A stretch of DNA of 64,000 nt from assembly GCA_963770835.1 (NCBI GenBank), contig CAVYRH010000011.1:192001-256000 (forward strand). Reading direction: 5' to 3'. The notes beneath the pieces were generated by a model that was given only the letters and a program-made list of their open reading frames with translations, was not told where the DNA came from and did not search any database. Within the stretch, counting starts at the first letter, position 1. Each line of letters begins with the position of its first letter. Below, one piece after another: positions 29,001 to 39,583 of the stretch. A program made the position numbers and the translations under genes. This DNA is from an uncultured Pseudomonadota bacterium (GTDB lineage Bacteria > Oederibacteriota > Muellerivitia > Muellerivitales > Muellerivitaceae).

Positions 29001-29361
29001 GGACGATGGAAACGACCCTATTTGGGGAATTGCCTTTGATGACGTTCACCGTCAATTCGATATCGACAAGTTTCCCCGATTTTTCCCGCATGATGGTCTC
29101 GTACTGCCCGGATGTCTTTCGGTTTTTAAGGTGGGTGTTGATTTTATCGCGGATTAATTCCCTGTTCTCTTGAGGAACAAGATCGAAGAAGGATGGGAGA
29201 GAAAGAAGTTCCTCCTCCGAGAATCCGGTAATTTCGCAAAAGGCTTCATTGGAGTAAATGATTCGAGGTAAATCCAAAAGGATAACACCCTCGCCGATCT
29301 CACTGACGGCTTTGAGGAGGACATCATCCAGAAAGGATTTAAGCTGATTTGGAACGTTCAA
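26020..29361 (-). CDS. Multi-PAS/GAF diguanylate cyclase-phosphodiesterase (GGDEF-EAL)
   Basis: Four PAS-like repeats and a GAF domain; intact GGDEF, EALVRW and DDFGTGYSSL. Confidence 0.95.
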   Translation of the reverse strand: MNVPNQLKSFLDDVLLKAVSEIGEGVILLDLPRIIYSNEAFCEITGFSEEELLSLPSFFDLVPQENRELIRDKINTHLKNRKTSGQYETIMREKSGKLVDIELTVNVIKGNSPNRVVSIVRNVTEQKKMKEVLVHQGLQYKLLFHSNPNPMWIYDLGTLEILAVNAAAVQKYGYPERQFLSLTLKDLRAPQEISDLLKQVDELKEGLSVVKETIRHRLQNGNLIDVEVVSHPIDFEGRKARVVMVTDMTDHKKAQTALRESEERLKTVVTSAPIALFAMDRNGLFTLAEGNALNGLQLGPGSVVGRSAFDIYRENPKMIQSLRQALAGENFVVLIEEGSAVFETHFSPVRNANGEVAEVIGIAMDVTERRRMEAALQQRVEFEKLITTLSSHFINLPPPKVDAGIQNALQSIGRFIEVDRIRMFFQSNGKLKGPVFEWQKPDVQPPVEAKDDFVLADYPWFSEKLKNMSVMYISSPEDLPAEASAERKFLQLRGIQSIVAVPMVSGGGPIGILTFSTLRSKKGWTEEDIALFKITGEMFASAVVRRQNEEALRGSEEKFRVLFNNAIDSIFLFALSEDGTPGKFVEVNDIACAKLGYNREELLRMTIYDISNPEDFNDLSKGFKKLLQQEHVTFEKAAIAKNGLKIPAEINAHVFQWGGKRFVQAIARDITDRKRAEETIRRQAYYDVLTNLPNRTLFKDRLEQAMKHAHRNKQMLGVIVLDLDRFKNINETLGHVLGDKLLVAVAERLLGVLSESETIARFGGDEFTLLLPQVNSIEESTRHAQKIIELLGTPFKLNNHDLHVTTSIGMAFYPDDGENSEILLKNAETAMYRAKEQGRNNYQLYASVMNVSAFKQLLMENSLRRALEKEEFVVYYQPQIDLKTQKMIGAEALVRWQHPDLGLVFPTEFIGLAEETGLIVPIGEWVIRKVCAQNKKWQDAGCGKVCVSVNLSARQFQQRNLVAVISQILQETGLDPQYLGLEITETIAMKNADYTISALNELKKMHVHLSLDDFGTGYSSLSYLKRFPLETLKIDRSFVRDITTDPNDAAIVNAVVALAHSLKLDVVAEGVETEGQLSFLKSHDCDHVQGYIFSHPLSEENFIKTLRQPPPKP

Positions 29362-29444
29362 ATCGAACCCCTACAAGGGTTGTTGAAAGACCGGTCCATC
29401 ATACTACGAAGGAAAGGGAAATTCGAGAAAGATGCCCTTGTTGA

Positions 29445-30029
29445 TTAATGATTGAAATAGTCCGGTTCATTGCCCGGTTTCCATTTAATGTTGCACCCAA
29501 TGCTTGGTTTTTGGTCCTGCATAGGGGCTTTCCCCGCTAAAGCCGCGTCCAAGGCGGCCCGAAGGTCTTTCCCAGTGACGGGAAGGTCGTTTTTAGGCCG
29601 ACTGTCATCGAGCTGGCCCCGATAGACCAATTTTCTTTCTTGGTCGAAAAGGTAGAACTCCGGTGTACAGGCCGCCTTGTAGACCTTGGCGGTTTCTTGG
29701 GATTCGTCGTAACAAAGAAAAAAGTTGAATTTCAAGGTTCGAGACATTTCCCGGAGACTTTCGGGGGAGTCGTCGGGATAATGGTCCGCGTCATTCGAGC
29801 TGACGGCGATGATACCGACGTTTTTGGGCACATAATCAAAACCGACCTCGGCAAGCTGATCCTGCACATGTTTGACATAGGGGCAATGTCGGCAAATAAA
29901 CATCACCAGCAACAGCGTTTTTCCAGAAAAGTCTGTGAGAGAAAGTTTTTTTCCTGTGATGACGTCGGTTAGGTTGAATTCAGGCGCTTCGGTTCCTAAA
30001 GGTAACATCGTGGATGGTGTAGCGCTCAT
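29445..30029 (-). CDS. Thioredoxin-fold redoxin (AhpC/TSA-like)
   Basis: FICRHCPY, ACTPEF, YRGQLDDSRP, SIGCNIKW. Confidence 0.92.
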   Translation of the reverse strand: MSATPSTMLPLGTEAPEFNLTDVITGKKLSLTDFSGKTLLLVMFICRHCPYVKHVQDQLAEVGFDYVPKNVGIIAVSSNDADHYPDDSPESLREMSRTLKFNFFLCYDESQETAKVYKAACTPEFYLFDQERKLVYRGQLDDSRPKNDLPVTGKDLRAALDAALAGKAPMQDQKPSIGCNIKWKPGNEPDYFNH

Positions 30030-30038
30030 AATCCCTCC

Positions 30039-30362
30039 TTATTTCTTCTTGCGAATAGTTTGATCGGACTGTTGCGATACTTCCCTCTGATCCGTCACTT
30101 CTTCCTGGGAACCATCGGTACTTTGTCCCTTCGTGGAAATTCCCTTTTTACTTTTCCGGTGACGACGTTGGGATGTTTTTCGGGCCAGCTTTGAGGAATG
30201 GGTGGGCTTGCTAGGTTTCTGAGCGGGAGAGTTTAAGGATGAACTGGTTCCCTGAGCGTATAGGTTTTCATTTTCTGAAAAGGCTTGGCGGGGAGAGTGT
30301 AGGATGACCGCAAGCAAAAAGACGAAACAAAAACAGATTTGCTTTAGTTGAGGAAATTTCAT
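30039..30362 (-). CDS. Small secreted low-complexity Lys/Ser-rich protein
   Basis: Signal-peptide-like N-terminus followed by a disordered basic tail; operonic spacing with the downstream gene. Confidence 0.55.
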   Translation of the reverse strand: MKFPQLKQICFCFVFLLAVILHSPRQAFSENENLYAQGTSSSLNSPAQKPSKPTHSSKLARKTSQRRHRKSKKGISTKGQSTDGSQEEVTDQREVSQQSDQTIRKKK

Positions 30363-30461
30363 TTAAAACACCCCGCTTTTAGAATTCGTGATGTTTGTTA
30401 TAAGGGAAAAAACGTTGGGGAATCAAGAAGGATGAACCCTTGGGTTCTTGACCCAGGCCTT

Positions 30462-30537
30462 TGGTGAGTCGTCCGGGAATCGAACCCGGGACACCCACAT
30501 TAAAAGTGTGGTGCTCTACCAACTGAGCTAACGACTC
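30462..30537 (-). tRNA. tRNA-Lys(TTT)
   Basis: GAGTCGTTAGCTCAGTTGGTAGAGC, CCACA-CTTTTAA-TGTGG, GGTTCGATT, encoded CCA; 76 nt. Confidence 0.96.
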
Positions 30538-30602
30538 ACCCAAGGTCCAGGAGAAGGCTCAAAAAATATACTTTTTGCCGCTGAATTGCAAAGTAAAAGT
30601 GG

Positions 30603-32009
<1,407 letters not shown>

Positions 32010-32085
32010 CTACGGGAACTCCCAGGGGATAACAAGAGATGAATTTCGGCTCCAGGAACAACAGGGAAGAAACGTTTTATTCCAA

Positions 32086-33501
32086 TTAAGGATGGCCCTC
32101 TTCCGGAACCAAACCCTCATGATGAGTTGTCTCCAATTTACGGATGAGATTCTTGATGTCGTAATTGTTGGGATCGAACTGCTCCGCTTTCCGGGCCTCG
32201 TAAAGGGCGGAAGAGATGTTATTCAGGGCAAAATCATTTACCCCTTGGTCATAGTCTTTTTTAGCATCATCCAGTATGGGACGGGGCGTTACAACCCATT
32301 CATTGCAGGCGTATTTCTCCTGGCCTCCGACCACCGAACGGACAATGATGTGGTACCGAATGCCGTTCGTAGCTCCCCGCAACAGGCAATATTTGGTTTG
32401 AAGAAGCTCTTGTTTGGCCCGTTGGAAGTCCTTTTGCTCATCAGATCGGAAATAGACCAGATAACCGTCGGCCTGGCTTCCCTCCGGGATATCCCATTTC
32501 AGGTAGATTTCCCCGTCCCCGACCAGGGATTGGACCATATAGGGCCTTGGTTCGGCTTTTCCCGGTGGACCGACATTGAAAAAATAACTCGCCGATAGAC
32601 GGTTATTGTTTCCAAGGTCCGGATGGTTGGCATAAGCGTAGTCGATCGACCAATCGGAGGCTCGGTAACTGGCTCCCACGCTGAATTCCCCAGGAAGTGT
32701 GACAAAGCTGATGAACCCCGCCCGCAAACCCAGGCGACCGTCGAAAAACCAATGCTCCACTCCGCCCCGGATACGCACATCTTCCCCCCCGAAGAGAGCG
32801 TCATCAGAAAGGGTCCATGGCAAATCCGTGGCAACAAGGGTATAAGGGTCGAATTGGTAGGCCAATCCCAACGTCAAAACTGAAGGAATGGCTTGTTCTA
32901 CGCCAGTGCTGTCATAACGAACCATCGTGGAAAGGTCAGTTAAGACGAGACCAGCTTTGAATTCGGTGTTGTCCTTGAACGGTTGGCGATACAGAAAACC
33001 CAGATCGACGCCCGTGCCCTCCACCGTTCCCCCTCCCCCAATGCCAGTATTGGCGAAAAGGTAGCGAAAATTAGCCCCCATCAACAAACGCTTTTCCGTG
33101 ACAAAGTCGATGGGGATGGCGACAGATCCCGTGTATTGATCCTCCTCGGCGCCCGCGATATCGGTATAAAACAAGTCATTCACGCTGATAGCCAAATGAA
33201 TGTCGTCAGGCAATGGGTATTGGAAGGAAAAATAAAGATTGCGGTTCTTGTCGTTTAAATACGAACCATACATTCCAAGGATCTGAGGCTGGTCCAATTG
33301 AACCAGTCCGGCGGGGTTCCAGTAGGCGGCGCTGGCATCATCGGCAACGGCCACGAAAGCCCCGCTCAAACCCATGGCGCGGGTTCCCACCCCCAATACA
33401 CCGCCCCGGTCGAAGAGCGCATAGCAAGGAGCAACGATGAGATGAAGTAGCAGCGCTATTCCAAGAAGCCGCAGACAGGCTTTAACTTTCATAGAAGTCA
33501 T
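32086..33501 (-). CDS. PorV/PorQ-like beta-barrel + FN3 + TPR
   Basis: GTRAMGLSGAFVAVADDASAAYWNPAGL; GLRAG...IDYAY; FN3 (IYLKWD...GYLVY...NGIRY.I.VRSV); terminal TPR (FDPNN). Confidence 0.75.
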   Translation of the reverse strand: MTSMKVKACLRLLGIALLLHLIVAPCYALFDRGGVLGVGTRAMGLSGAFVAVADDASAAYWNPAGLVQLDQPQILGMYGSYLNDKNRNLYFSFQYPLPDDIHLAISVNDLFYTDIAGAEEDQYTGSVAIPIDFVTEKRLLMGANFRYLFANTGIGGGGTVEGTGVDLGFLYRQPFKDNTEFKAGLVLTDLSTMVRYDSTGVEQAIPSVLTLGLAYQFDPYTLVATDLPWTLSDDALFGGEDVRIRGGVEHWFFDGRLGLRAGFISFVTLPGEFSVGASYRASDWSIDYAYANHPDLGNNNRLSASYFFNVGPPGKAEPRPYMVQSLVGDGEIYLKWDIPEGSQADGYLVYFRSDEQKDFQRAKQELLQTKYCLLRGATNGIRYHIIVRSVVGGQEKYACNEWVVTPRPILDDAKKDYDQGVNDFALNNISSALYEARKAEQFDPNNYDIKNLIRKLETTHHEGLVPEEGHP

Positions 33502-33537
33502 TCCATTAAGGAATCCGCTTCGATTCCTTCACTCCTT

Positions 33538-36500
33538 TCAGTGAGTGACCAACACTTTAACTGTTTTGTTCAAGGCCTGCCCGCTTGCAGAATCAATCCC
33601 ATCCAGGACGGCCAAATAAACCCCTGAAGCGACCGTTTGGCCGGACGCATTTCTCAAGTCCCAGGTCGAGGACCCGGCGTTGAGAGTGACGGTTTGAACC
33701 AGTTCCCCGTCGGCCGTGTAGATTTTTATTTTACTTTGATTATTCGCCGGTGTCCCGGCAAAAGAAGCAGTGAAGTTGACGGTGCCGCCTGGATGAGCGA
33801 AGTTCGGCCAAGCGATTAACGATATCGATTCCCCGTGGAATGTCGCGATAAAGGCATCCCTTTCCATCTGGACGGTACTCCCGTCGTTCGCGTGTTCCAG
33901 CAGGACAAAATGGTAGAAGCCGTTCGGAACCCAACCGCCGCTATCTTTCGTAGCGTTCCAAGTCCCGACGGTTTGGCCGTTCAGGTAGATCGAAATGGTT
34001 CCACCAGGTCCGTTCGGATTGGGAGTGAAGTTAGAAAGAGTCATCGAAAAAGTTGCTCCACTCGAGAAGGAAAGGGAGCCGCAAATAGAAGCCACCAATT
34101 CTCCACGTTCATCGTAAATGGACACCACTTGCAGGCCGCAGCCCGATGAGCTAGTTGCGGTCGGCGTACCCGTGATTGTGAAGGTGGGTGTCACAGAGGG
34201 TGTCAACGTGATAGTCGACGTGGGCGTTTGGGTGGCGGTAGTCGTGGGGGTGAAGGTCGCAGTATGTGTCAGTGTATTGGTAACAGTAGTGGTTGAAGTG
34301 GACGTAGCGGTATTCGTTAACGTGGTTGTCGGGGTCTGGGTCGGTGTAAGGGTGGTGGTATTGGTCGATGTATAAGTTGTGGTAGCCGTAGGCGTATTTG
34401 TATGCGTGTTTGTCGGTGTGTTCGTCGGGGTAGTAGTAAACGTGTTGGCTGGAGTATTGGTTGTCGTGCTCGTGGAGGAATTCGTCGGGCTATTAGTTGT
34501 TGTCATCGTGGCTGTATTGGTAGCTGTGTTTGTGGGCGTATTGGTAGGTGTGTTGGTGGCAGTAAGTGAAGCTGTGTTGGTTGGTGTATTTGTAGTTGTG
34601 TTCGTAGCCGTATTAGTGGCTGTATTCGTGGCGGTGTTCGAAGATGTATTCGTTGCCGTATTGGTCGCCGTGTTGGTGGTTGTGTTGGTCGCCGTATTAG
34701 TGGCTGTGCTTGTGGTCGTAGTCGTGGCCGTATTCGTGGGCGTACCTGTAGGTGTATTGGTAGCCGTATTTGTGGGTGTATCGGTTGGCGGCAATGTTCC
34801 AGTGTCAGAGGGAGTAGCCGTCGCTGTCTTTGTGGGCGTTTCGGTTATGGTGCTCGTCGCGGTATTCGTAGGCGTATTCGTGGCAGTATTGGTTGCCGTC
34901 GTCGTGGTTGTATTTGTGGGCGTATCTGTTGGGGTATTGGTCGGAGTATTAGTCGTTGTATTAGAAGCAGTAGTAGTTGTTGTTTCCGTCGGAGTACTGG
35001 TGGTCGTATCAGTAGCAGTATTAGTCGCGGTATTAGTAGCCGTATTTGTAGCGGTATCGGTTGGAGTGTTCGTAGTCGTACTTGTGGCCGTATTAGTTGC
35101 TGTGGAAGTGGGTGTGGTTGTCGGAGTATCGGTAGCGGTGTTCGTGGTTGTATTCGTTAACGTGGTTGTCGGGGTCTGAGTAGGCGTATTGGTAGGGGTA
35201 TTAGTGGTCGTATTAGTTGTGGTATTGGTAGCCGTATTCGTTGGCGTGTCCGTCGTTGTATTTGTAGCAGAATTGGTGGCCGTGTTGGTGGCAGTATTCG
35301 TTGCAGTATTAGTTGGTGTATTGGTTGGAGTATTGGTGGTCGTATTCGTCGGGGTGTTAGTTGCGGTTTCTGTGGCCGTATTTGTAGCGGTGTTAGTAGC
35401 AGTATTAGTGGCTGTATTCGTTGGCGTATTGGTCGGAGTGTTCGTGGCTGTGCTGGTGGCGGTATTCGTTGCAGTGGTAGTCGCGGTATTGGTTGCCGTA
35501 TTCGTCGAGGTATTAGTCGCTGTGTTTGTGGCGGTGTTAGTAGCCGTATTAGTGGCTGTATTGGTTGCGGTGTTGGTTGCCGTATTCGTTGGTGTATTGG
35601 TAGCAGTATCGACAAAGGTATTCGTAGGTGTGTTCGTCGGAGTACTAGTAGTCGTGTTGGTAGCCGTGTTCGTGGCTGTATTAGTGGCTGTATTGGTTGC
35701 AGTGGTGGTTGCTGTGTTCGTTGGCGTGTTCGTCGCAGTATTCGTGGCCGTGTTCGTGGCTGTGCTCGTGGCGGTATTCGTCGGGGTGTTAGTCGCCGTG
35801 TTTGTGGCGGTGTTAGTAGCCGTATTAGTGGCTGTATTGGTTGCGGTGTTGGTTGCTGTATTCGTTGGCGTATTAGTAGCAGTGTTTGTGGCGGTATTGG
35901 TAGCTGTGTTAGTGGCTGTATTCGTTGGTGTATTGGTAGCAGTATCGACAAAGGTATTCGTAGGTGTGTTCGTCGTAGTACTAGTAGTCGTGTTGGTAGC
36001 CGTGTTAGTAGGCGTATTAGTGGCTGTATTGGTCGCAGTGGTGGTTGCTGTATTCGTTGGCGTGTTTGTCGCAGTGCTAGTAGCGGTATTCGTCGCGGTA
36101 TTTGTGGCAGTATTCGTCGCAGTGTTTGTTGGCGTACTTGTGGCAGTGCTGGTAGCCGTGTTGGTAGCGGTGCTAGTGGCCGTATTCGTGGTGGTATTGG
36201 TAGCAGTGTTCGTAGCTGTAGGTGTATTGGTCGGGGTATTCGTAGTCGTACTAGTCGCCGTATTTGTGGGGGTGTTAGTCGCTGTGTTTGTAGCGGTGTT
36301 AGTAGCCGTATTAGTGGCTGTATTCGTTGGCGTGTTTGTCGCAGTGTCAGTAGCAGTATTCGTCGCAGTGTTGGTTGCCGTGCTGGTGGCAGTTTTAGTA
36401 GCAGTATTAGTCGCCGTGTTAGTAGCGGTGTTGGTTGCCGTATTGGTAGCAGTGTTCGTTGGCGTATTAGTCGCTGTGTTTGTAGCGGTGTTAGTAGCCG

Positions 36501-39282
36501 TATTAGTGGCTGTATTCGTTGGCGTGTTTGTCGCAGTGCCAGTAGCAGTATTCGTCGCAGTGTTGGTTGCCGTGCTGGTGGCAGTTTTAGTAGCAGTATT
36601 AGTCGCCGTGTTAGTAGCGGTGCTGGTTGCCGTATTAGTGGCTGTATTCGTTGGCGTGTTTGTCGCAGTGCCAGTAGCAGTATTCGTCGCAGTGTTGGTG
36701 GCAGTATTAGTCGCCGTGTTAGTAGCGGTGTTGGTTGCCGTATTGGTAGCAGTGTTCGTTGGCGTATTAGTCGCTGTGTTTGTAGCGGTGTTAGTAGCCG
36801 TATTAGTGGCTGTATTCGTTGGCGTATTTGTCGCAGTGCCAGTAGCAGTATTCGTCGCAGTGTTGGTTGCCGTGTTGGTGGCAGTTTTAGTAGCAGTATT
36901 AGTCGCCGTATTCGTGGGGGTGTTAGTAGCCGTGTTGGTGGCGGTTTTCGTTGCAGTGTTAGTAGCGGTATTAGTGGCCGTATTGGTTTGAGTGGTAGTG
37001 GCTGTGTTGGTAGCTGTATTCGTCGCAGTATTAGTAGTGGTGTTAGTAGGTGTATTAGTTGGTGTGGTGGTAGTCGTATTCGTCGCAGTGTTAGTAGCAG
37101 AATTGGTCGGTGTGTAGGTAGCTGTGACAGTCGGTGTTTTAGTAGGAGTGCTTGTAGTTGTATAGGTGGGGGTGTTCGTCGGAGTGGCTGTTGGCAAGCA
37201 TGAGGCGGCAAAAAATTCCGCGCCCAAGATATCCGATTTTTCACTAGCTGTTATGGCATATTCCATTGGATAGGCGTAATTCCCAACGGCGGCTAGCTGG
37301 TAATCCCCTTCCCAACCTCGGTTTGTACCCACCGTTGTCCATGCTTGGTTTTGGTTTGTGTTGTTTTTGGTTATGGCGTCGGCGGCGGCATCATTAGCAA
37401 AGCCCACAATGAGTGAATTGGTGGCCTGAGTTAGAAGGCTTGTGGATGGATTTTTCGAAGCGGCAAAGTTCGTCGCGAGCGTAGTTCCAAGGGGTGAAGT
37501 TTGTGCCGCCCCCGTGAAAACCATGGCTCCCACCACGGCGGAAGGGACAGTGGCGGCGCTGAATTTTGCGATGATGGTTTGCGGGCCCGAGAACATACTG
37601 GTTCCCGGTAAATAGTAAATCCAGCTGCTGTCCCCGGTTTCCGCGGAATTAACCAGCGACACGGCGGCGGTTAAAGTAGCCGAAGTTGTGCCATTGGTGT
37701 CCGTAACGGGCGCGGAAATCAGGAGGTTGTCATGCTCGCTGATTTCAACAACAAGGAGCGGGTTCTGGCTTAGGACAGCGGCCGGGACGTTCAGAGGAAG
37801 GGTGACGGCCCCGGTATTGGTGCTGTAAAGCACTGTTGCCGCCGAAGAGTAAGCCAAGTTAAAGCAAGGCGTCGGAGTGGGTGTAAAAGCCGGGACAGAT
37901 CCACCACAACCGATTGCGTAGATAGAGTAATTATTCGTTCCTGTGGCTTGGTTGGTACCATTATCCGTGTAAGGATCTTGCAACGTGGGATAAGGCCCGT
38001 TGTTAATCGTCTCGGAATATTCCGTCCCGGCGGCTCCGGTGTTGTAAGAAACTTCTGCGGTGGTGCCAATAAAGTAAAACTCAAGCCAGTAACTTCCCGG
38101 TGGGAGGGCCGTCGGCGAAACCGCGACTAGGTTCCATCCAGCCACCATGGAAGTTTCATCGCTTTGGACAAGCAGGCTTCCCGGGAACCCGCCATCGTTC
38201 GAATATATTCCTAAGACGCCGGTAACAGCGGTGGCCGTATTTAAGTTAATTTCCATCTCAGTAATTGTGGCGGCGCTGGACAAGGTGTAAAGAGAACCAT
38301 CTTGAAGTCCTACCTCGTTGCCGCTGACATTGGCGCCGACAGTCGTTAAGCCAACCGTTTGAGGGGAGGCACAGGCGGGAGTAGGAGTGGCCGTTATACA
38401 CGGGGCAGGGATAATAGACTGGATTGTGTCGGTTGCACCCGTTCCCGCCGTGAACCCCCAATTAACGACCGATTGGCCGCCAAAAACGCTATTCACCAAG
38501 TCGCGCGAATAAACCATGGATTGGGGATTTCCGTTCGAGTCCACGATGGTAAAAGTAAGCGTCTTCGCGGCGGCAGACCAAGTGATGGTAACGGCGTGGT
38601 TGCCAGTGGTGAAAATACTGGACGTGAAAGTGTAGGGGCAGATATCACCTGCGGTGACATATTGGCAGCTATTATTGGCTGGAGCGGGCCCATTGCCGTT
38701 TTCGGAGGTTTCCAATTCCCCATCCCCATAGGTACCCGCGTAAGTATTCAAGGTAAATGCCATCGACGGTGATATAGAAGCAGCGCCGGAATAACCCAGG
38801 CAGGCGCCACAAGAAGTGCCGCCATTATCACTTATGGCATAAATACCTTGCGGATCGTTTTGCAGGACGAAAGCGATGCCATCCGCCCCACCCGTCGCCC
38901 CGACATTGTAGGTGAAGGCCATGTTGAAATTCGAGGTAAGAGTCACGGGAGATAAGCTCCAACAGGCTCCTGCTTGCCCGGTTGACGCGCCAGTCAGGGT
39001 GACAGCGCCGCCAGGACCCGCAACCGCAGTCCCCACTAAATTCCAGCTTGGGCAGACCTGGGCTTGCACCTTGGATTCGATTCCGCAAAAAATAAAAATC
39101 AAAAACGAACAGAGATAGCGTGAAATCTTTACATTGGTGAATCGGGGAAATCTGAACAAAGCAAAATGACCCAAAAGCCATATAAATGGAAATGTTGAAG
39201 TCAATACCAAAGCAAAAAGAAGAACGTTAAAATAAATAGCATTAGAGTATTCCAAAATGTGACCCGTCATCTGGCTCCTCAA
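33538..39282 (-). CDS. Giant secreted protein: L-type lectin-like and beta-sandwich head, Thr-rich repeat stalk, FlgD-Ig and T9SS-CTD-like C-terminus (start uncertain; TTG 39159 plausible)
   Basis: GADGIAFVLQ...WGFTAGTG (legume lectin); ~1,000 aa of TATN/TPTN repeats; C-terminal AWPN...KIKIYTADGELV...WDLRNASGQTVASGVY. Confidence 0.8.
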   Translation of the reverse strand: MRSQMTGHILEYSNAIYFNVLLFALVLTSTFPFIWLLGHFALFRFPRFTNVKISRYLCSFLIFIFCGIESKVQAQVCPSWNLVGTAVAGPGGAVTLTGASTGQAGACWSLSPVTLTSNFNMAFTYNVGATGGADGIAFVLQNDPQGIYAISDNGGTSCGACLGYSGAASISPSMAFTLNTYAGTYGDGELETSENGNGPAPANNSCQYVTAGDICPYTFTSSIFTTGNHAVTITWSAAAKTLTFTIVDSNGNPQSMVYSRDLVNSVFGGQSVVNWGFTAGTGATDTIQSIIPAPCITATPTPACASPQTVGLTTVGANVSGNEVGLQDGSLYTLSSAATITEMEINLNTATAVTGVLGIYSNDGGFPGSLLVQSDETSMVAGWNLVAVSPTALPPGSYWLEFYFIGTTAEVSYNTGAAGTEYSETINNGPYPTLQDPYTDNGTNQATGTNNYSIYAIGCGGSVPAFTPTPTPCFNLAYSSAATVLYSTNTGAVTLPLNVPAAVLSQNPLLVVEISEHDNLLISAPVTDTNGTTSATLTAAVSLVNSAETGDSSWIYYLPGTSMFSGPQTIIAKFSAATVPSAVVGAMVFTGAAQTSPLGTTLATNFAASKNPSTSLLTQATNSLIVGFANDAAADAITKNNTNQNQAWTTVGTNRGWEGDYQLAAVGNYAYPMEYAITASEKSDILGAEFFAASCLPTATPTNTPTYTTTSTPTKTPTVTATYTPTNSATNTATNTTTTTPTNTPTNTTTNTATNTATNTATTTQTNTATNTATNTATKTATNTATNTPTNTATNTATKTATNTATNTATNTATGTATNTPTNTATNTATNTATNTATNTPTNTATNTATNTATNTATNTATNTATNTATGTATNTPTNTATNTATSTATNTATNTATKTATSTATNTATNTATGTATNTPTNTATNTATNTATNTATNTPTNTATNTATNTATNTATNTATKTATSTATNTATNTATDTATNTPTNTATNTATNTATNTATNTPTNTATSTTTNTPTNTPTATNTATNTTTNTATSTATNTATSTATSTPTNTATNTATNTATNTATSTATNTPTNTATTTATNTATNTPTNTATNTTTSTTTNTPTNTFVDTATNTPTNTATNTATNTATNTATNTPTNTATNTATNTATNTATNTATNTATNTPTNTATSTATNTATNTATNTPTNTATTTATNTATNTATNTATNTTTSTPTNTPTNTFVDTATNTPTNTATNTATNTATNTATNTATNTATNTSTNTATNTATTTATNTATSTATNTPTNTPTNTATNTATNTATNTATETATNTPTNTTTNTPTNTPTNTATNTATNTATNSATNTTTDTPTNTATNTTTNTTTNTPTNTPTQTPTTTLTNTTTNTATDTPTTTPTSTATNTATSTTTNTPTDTATNTATNTATNTATDTTTSTPTETTTTTASNTTTNTPTNTPTDTPTNTTTTTATNTATNTPTNTATSTITETPTKTATATPSDTGTLPPTDTPTNTATNTPTGTPTNTATTTTTSTATNTATNTTTNTATNTATNTSSNTATNTATNTATNTTTNTPTNTASLTATNTPTNTPTNTATNTATMTTTNSPTNSSTSTTTNTPANTFTTTPTNTPTNTHTNTPTATTTYTSTNTTTLTPTQTPTTTLTNTATSTSTTTVTNTLTHTATFTPTTTATQTPTSTITLTPSVTPTFTITGTPTATSSSGCGLQVVSIYDERGELVASICGSLSFSSGATFSMTLSNFTPNPNGPGGTISIYLNGQTVGTWNATKDSGGWVPNGFYHFVLLEHANDGSTVQMERDAFIATFHGESISLIAWPNFAHPGGTVNFTASFAGTPANNQSKIKIYTADGELVQTVTLNAGSSTWDLRNASGQTVASGVYLAVLDGIDSASGQALNKTVKVLVTH
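34140..37195 (-). repeat. Intragenic 12-nt-period tandem repeat (T-x-T-N) with higher-order duplications
   Basis: Lines 36421 and 36721 are identical (300-nt offset); further near-identical blocks at 192-, 336- and 840-nt offsets. Confidence 0.95.
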
Positions 39283-39568
39283 TCAAGTAAAACAGTTACC
39301 CTTAAACTTCCATACAATTTTACCCCATATTTGGGCGAACTCAAGTGAACAATGGGGTAACTTTTTATTGAAAAAACAAGGGAAAACAAGCTTTTCTTAT
39401 AATCACTTAAAATTAATCTTCTTTTGAACTTGGGATTTAAGTTCATTTGAAGTTCATCCGTAGCTTGAATTGAGTCTTTTTTTCCCAATTGTTTATTTTT
39501 AACCCACATTCATAACGTTTTATGCTTCTTAAAAGGTGCTTTTTCCATCGAAAAACGAAATTTCAAGT

Positions 39569-39583
39569 TGGCACTACTGTTGC
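39569..39583 (+). promoter_or_regulatory. sigma54 (-24/-12) promoter
   Basis: TGGCAC-TACTG-TTGC, 60 nt upstream of the NHL gene ATG. Confidence 0.7.

Noticed and set aside
28084..29157. 357-aa plus-strand ORF and other ORFs opposite the GGDEF-EAL gene
   Set aside because: Antisense to a well-supported gene, with no recognisable motifs.
34118..36991. Long Val/Ala/Leu-rich plus-strand ORFs (85, 266 and 600 aa)
   Set aside because: Antisense shadows of the Thr repeat: ACN codons give a stop-poor reverse frame. No independent evidence of coding.
34140..37195. Repeat region as a CRISPR array
   Set aside because: No constant repeat with unique spacers; it is in-frame coding sequence and no cas genes are present.
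35157..37244. 695-aa Leu/Pro/Arg-rich alternative-frame ORF
   Set aside because: Frame-shifted reading of the same repeat.
39279..39509. 76-aa ORF in the AT-rich spacer
   Set aside because: No motifs; the region is better explained as regulatory DNA.
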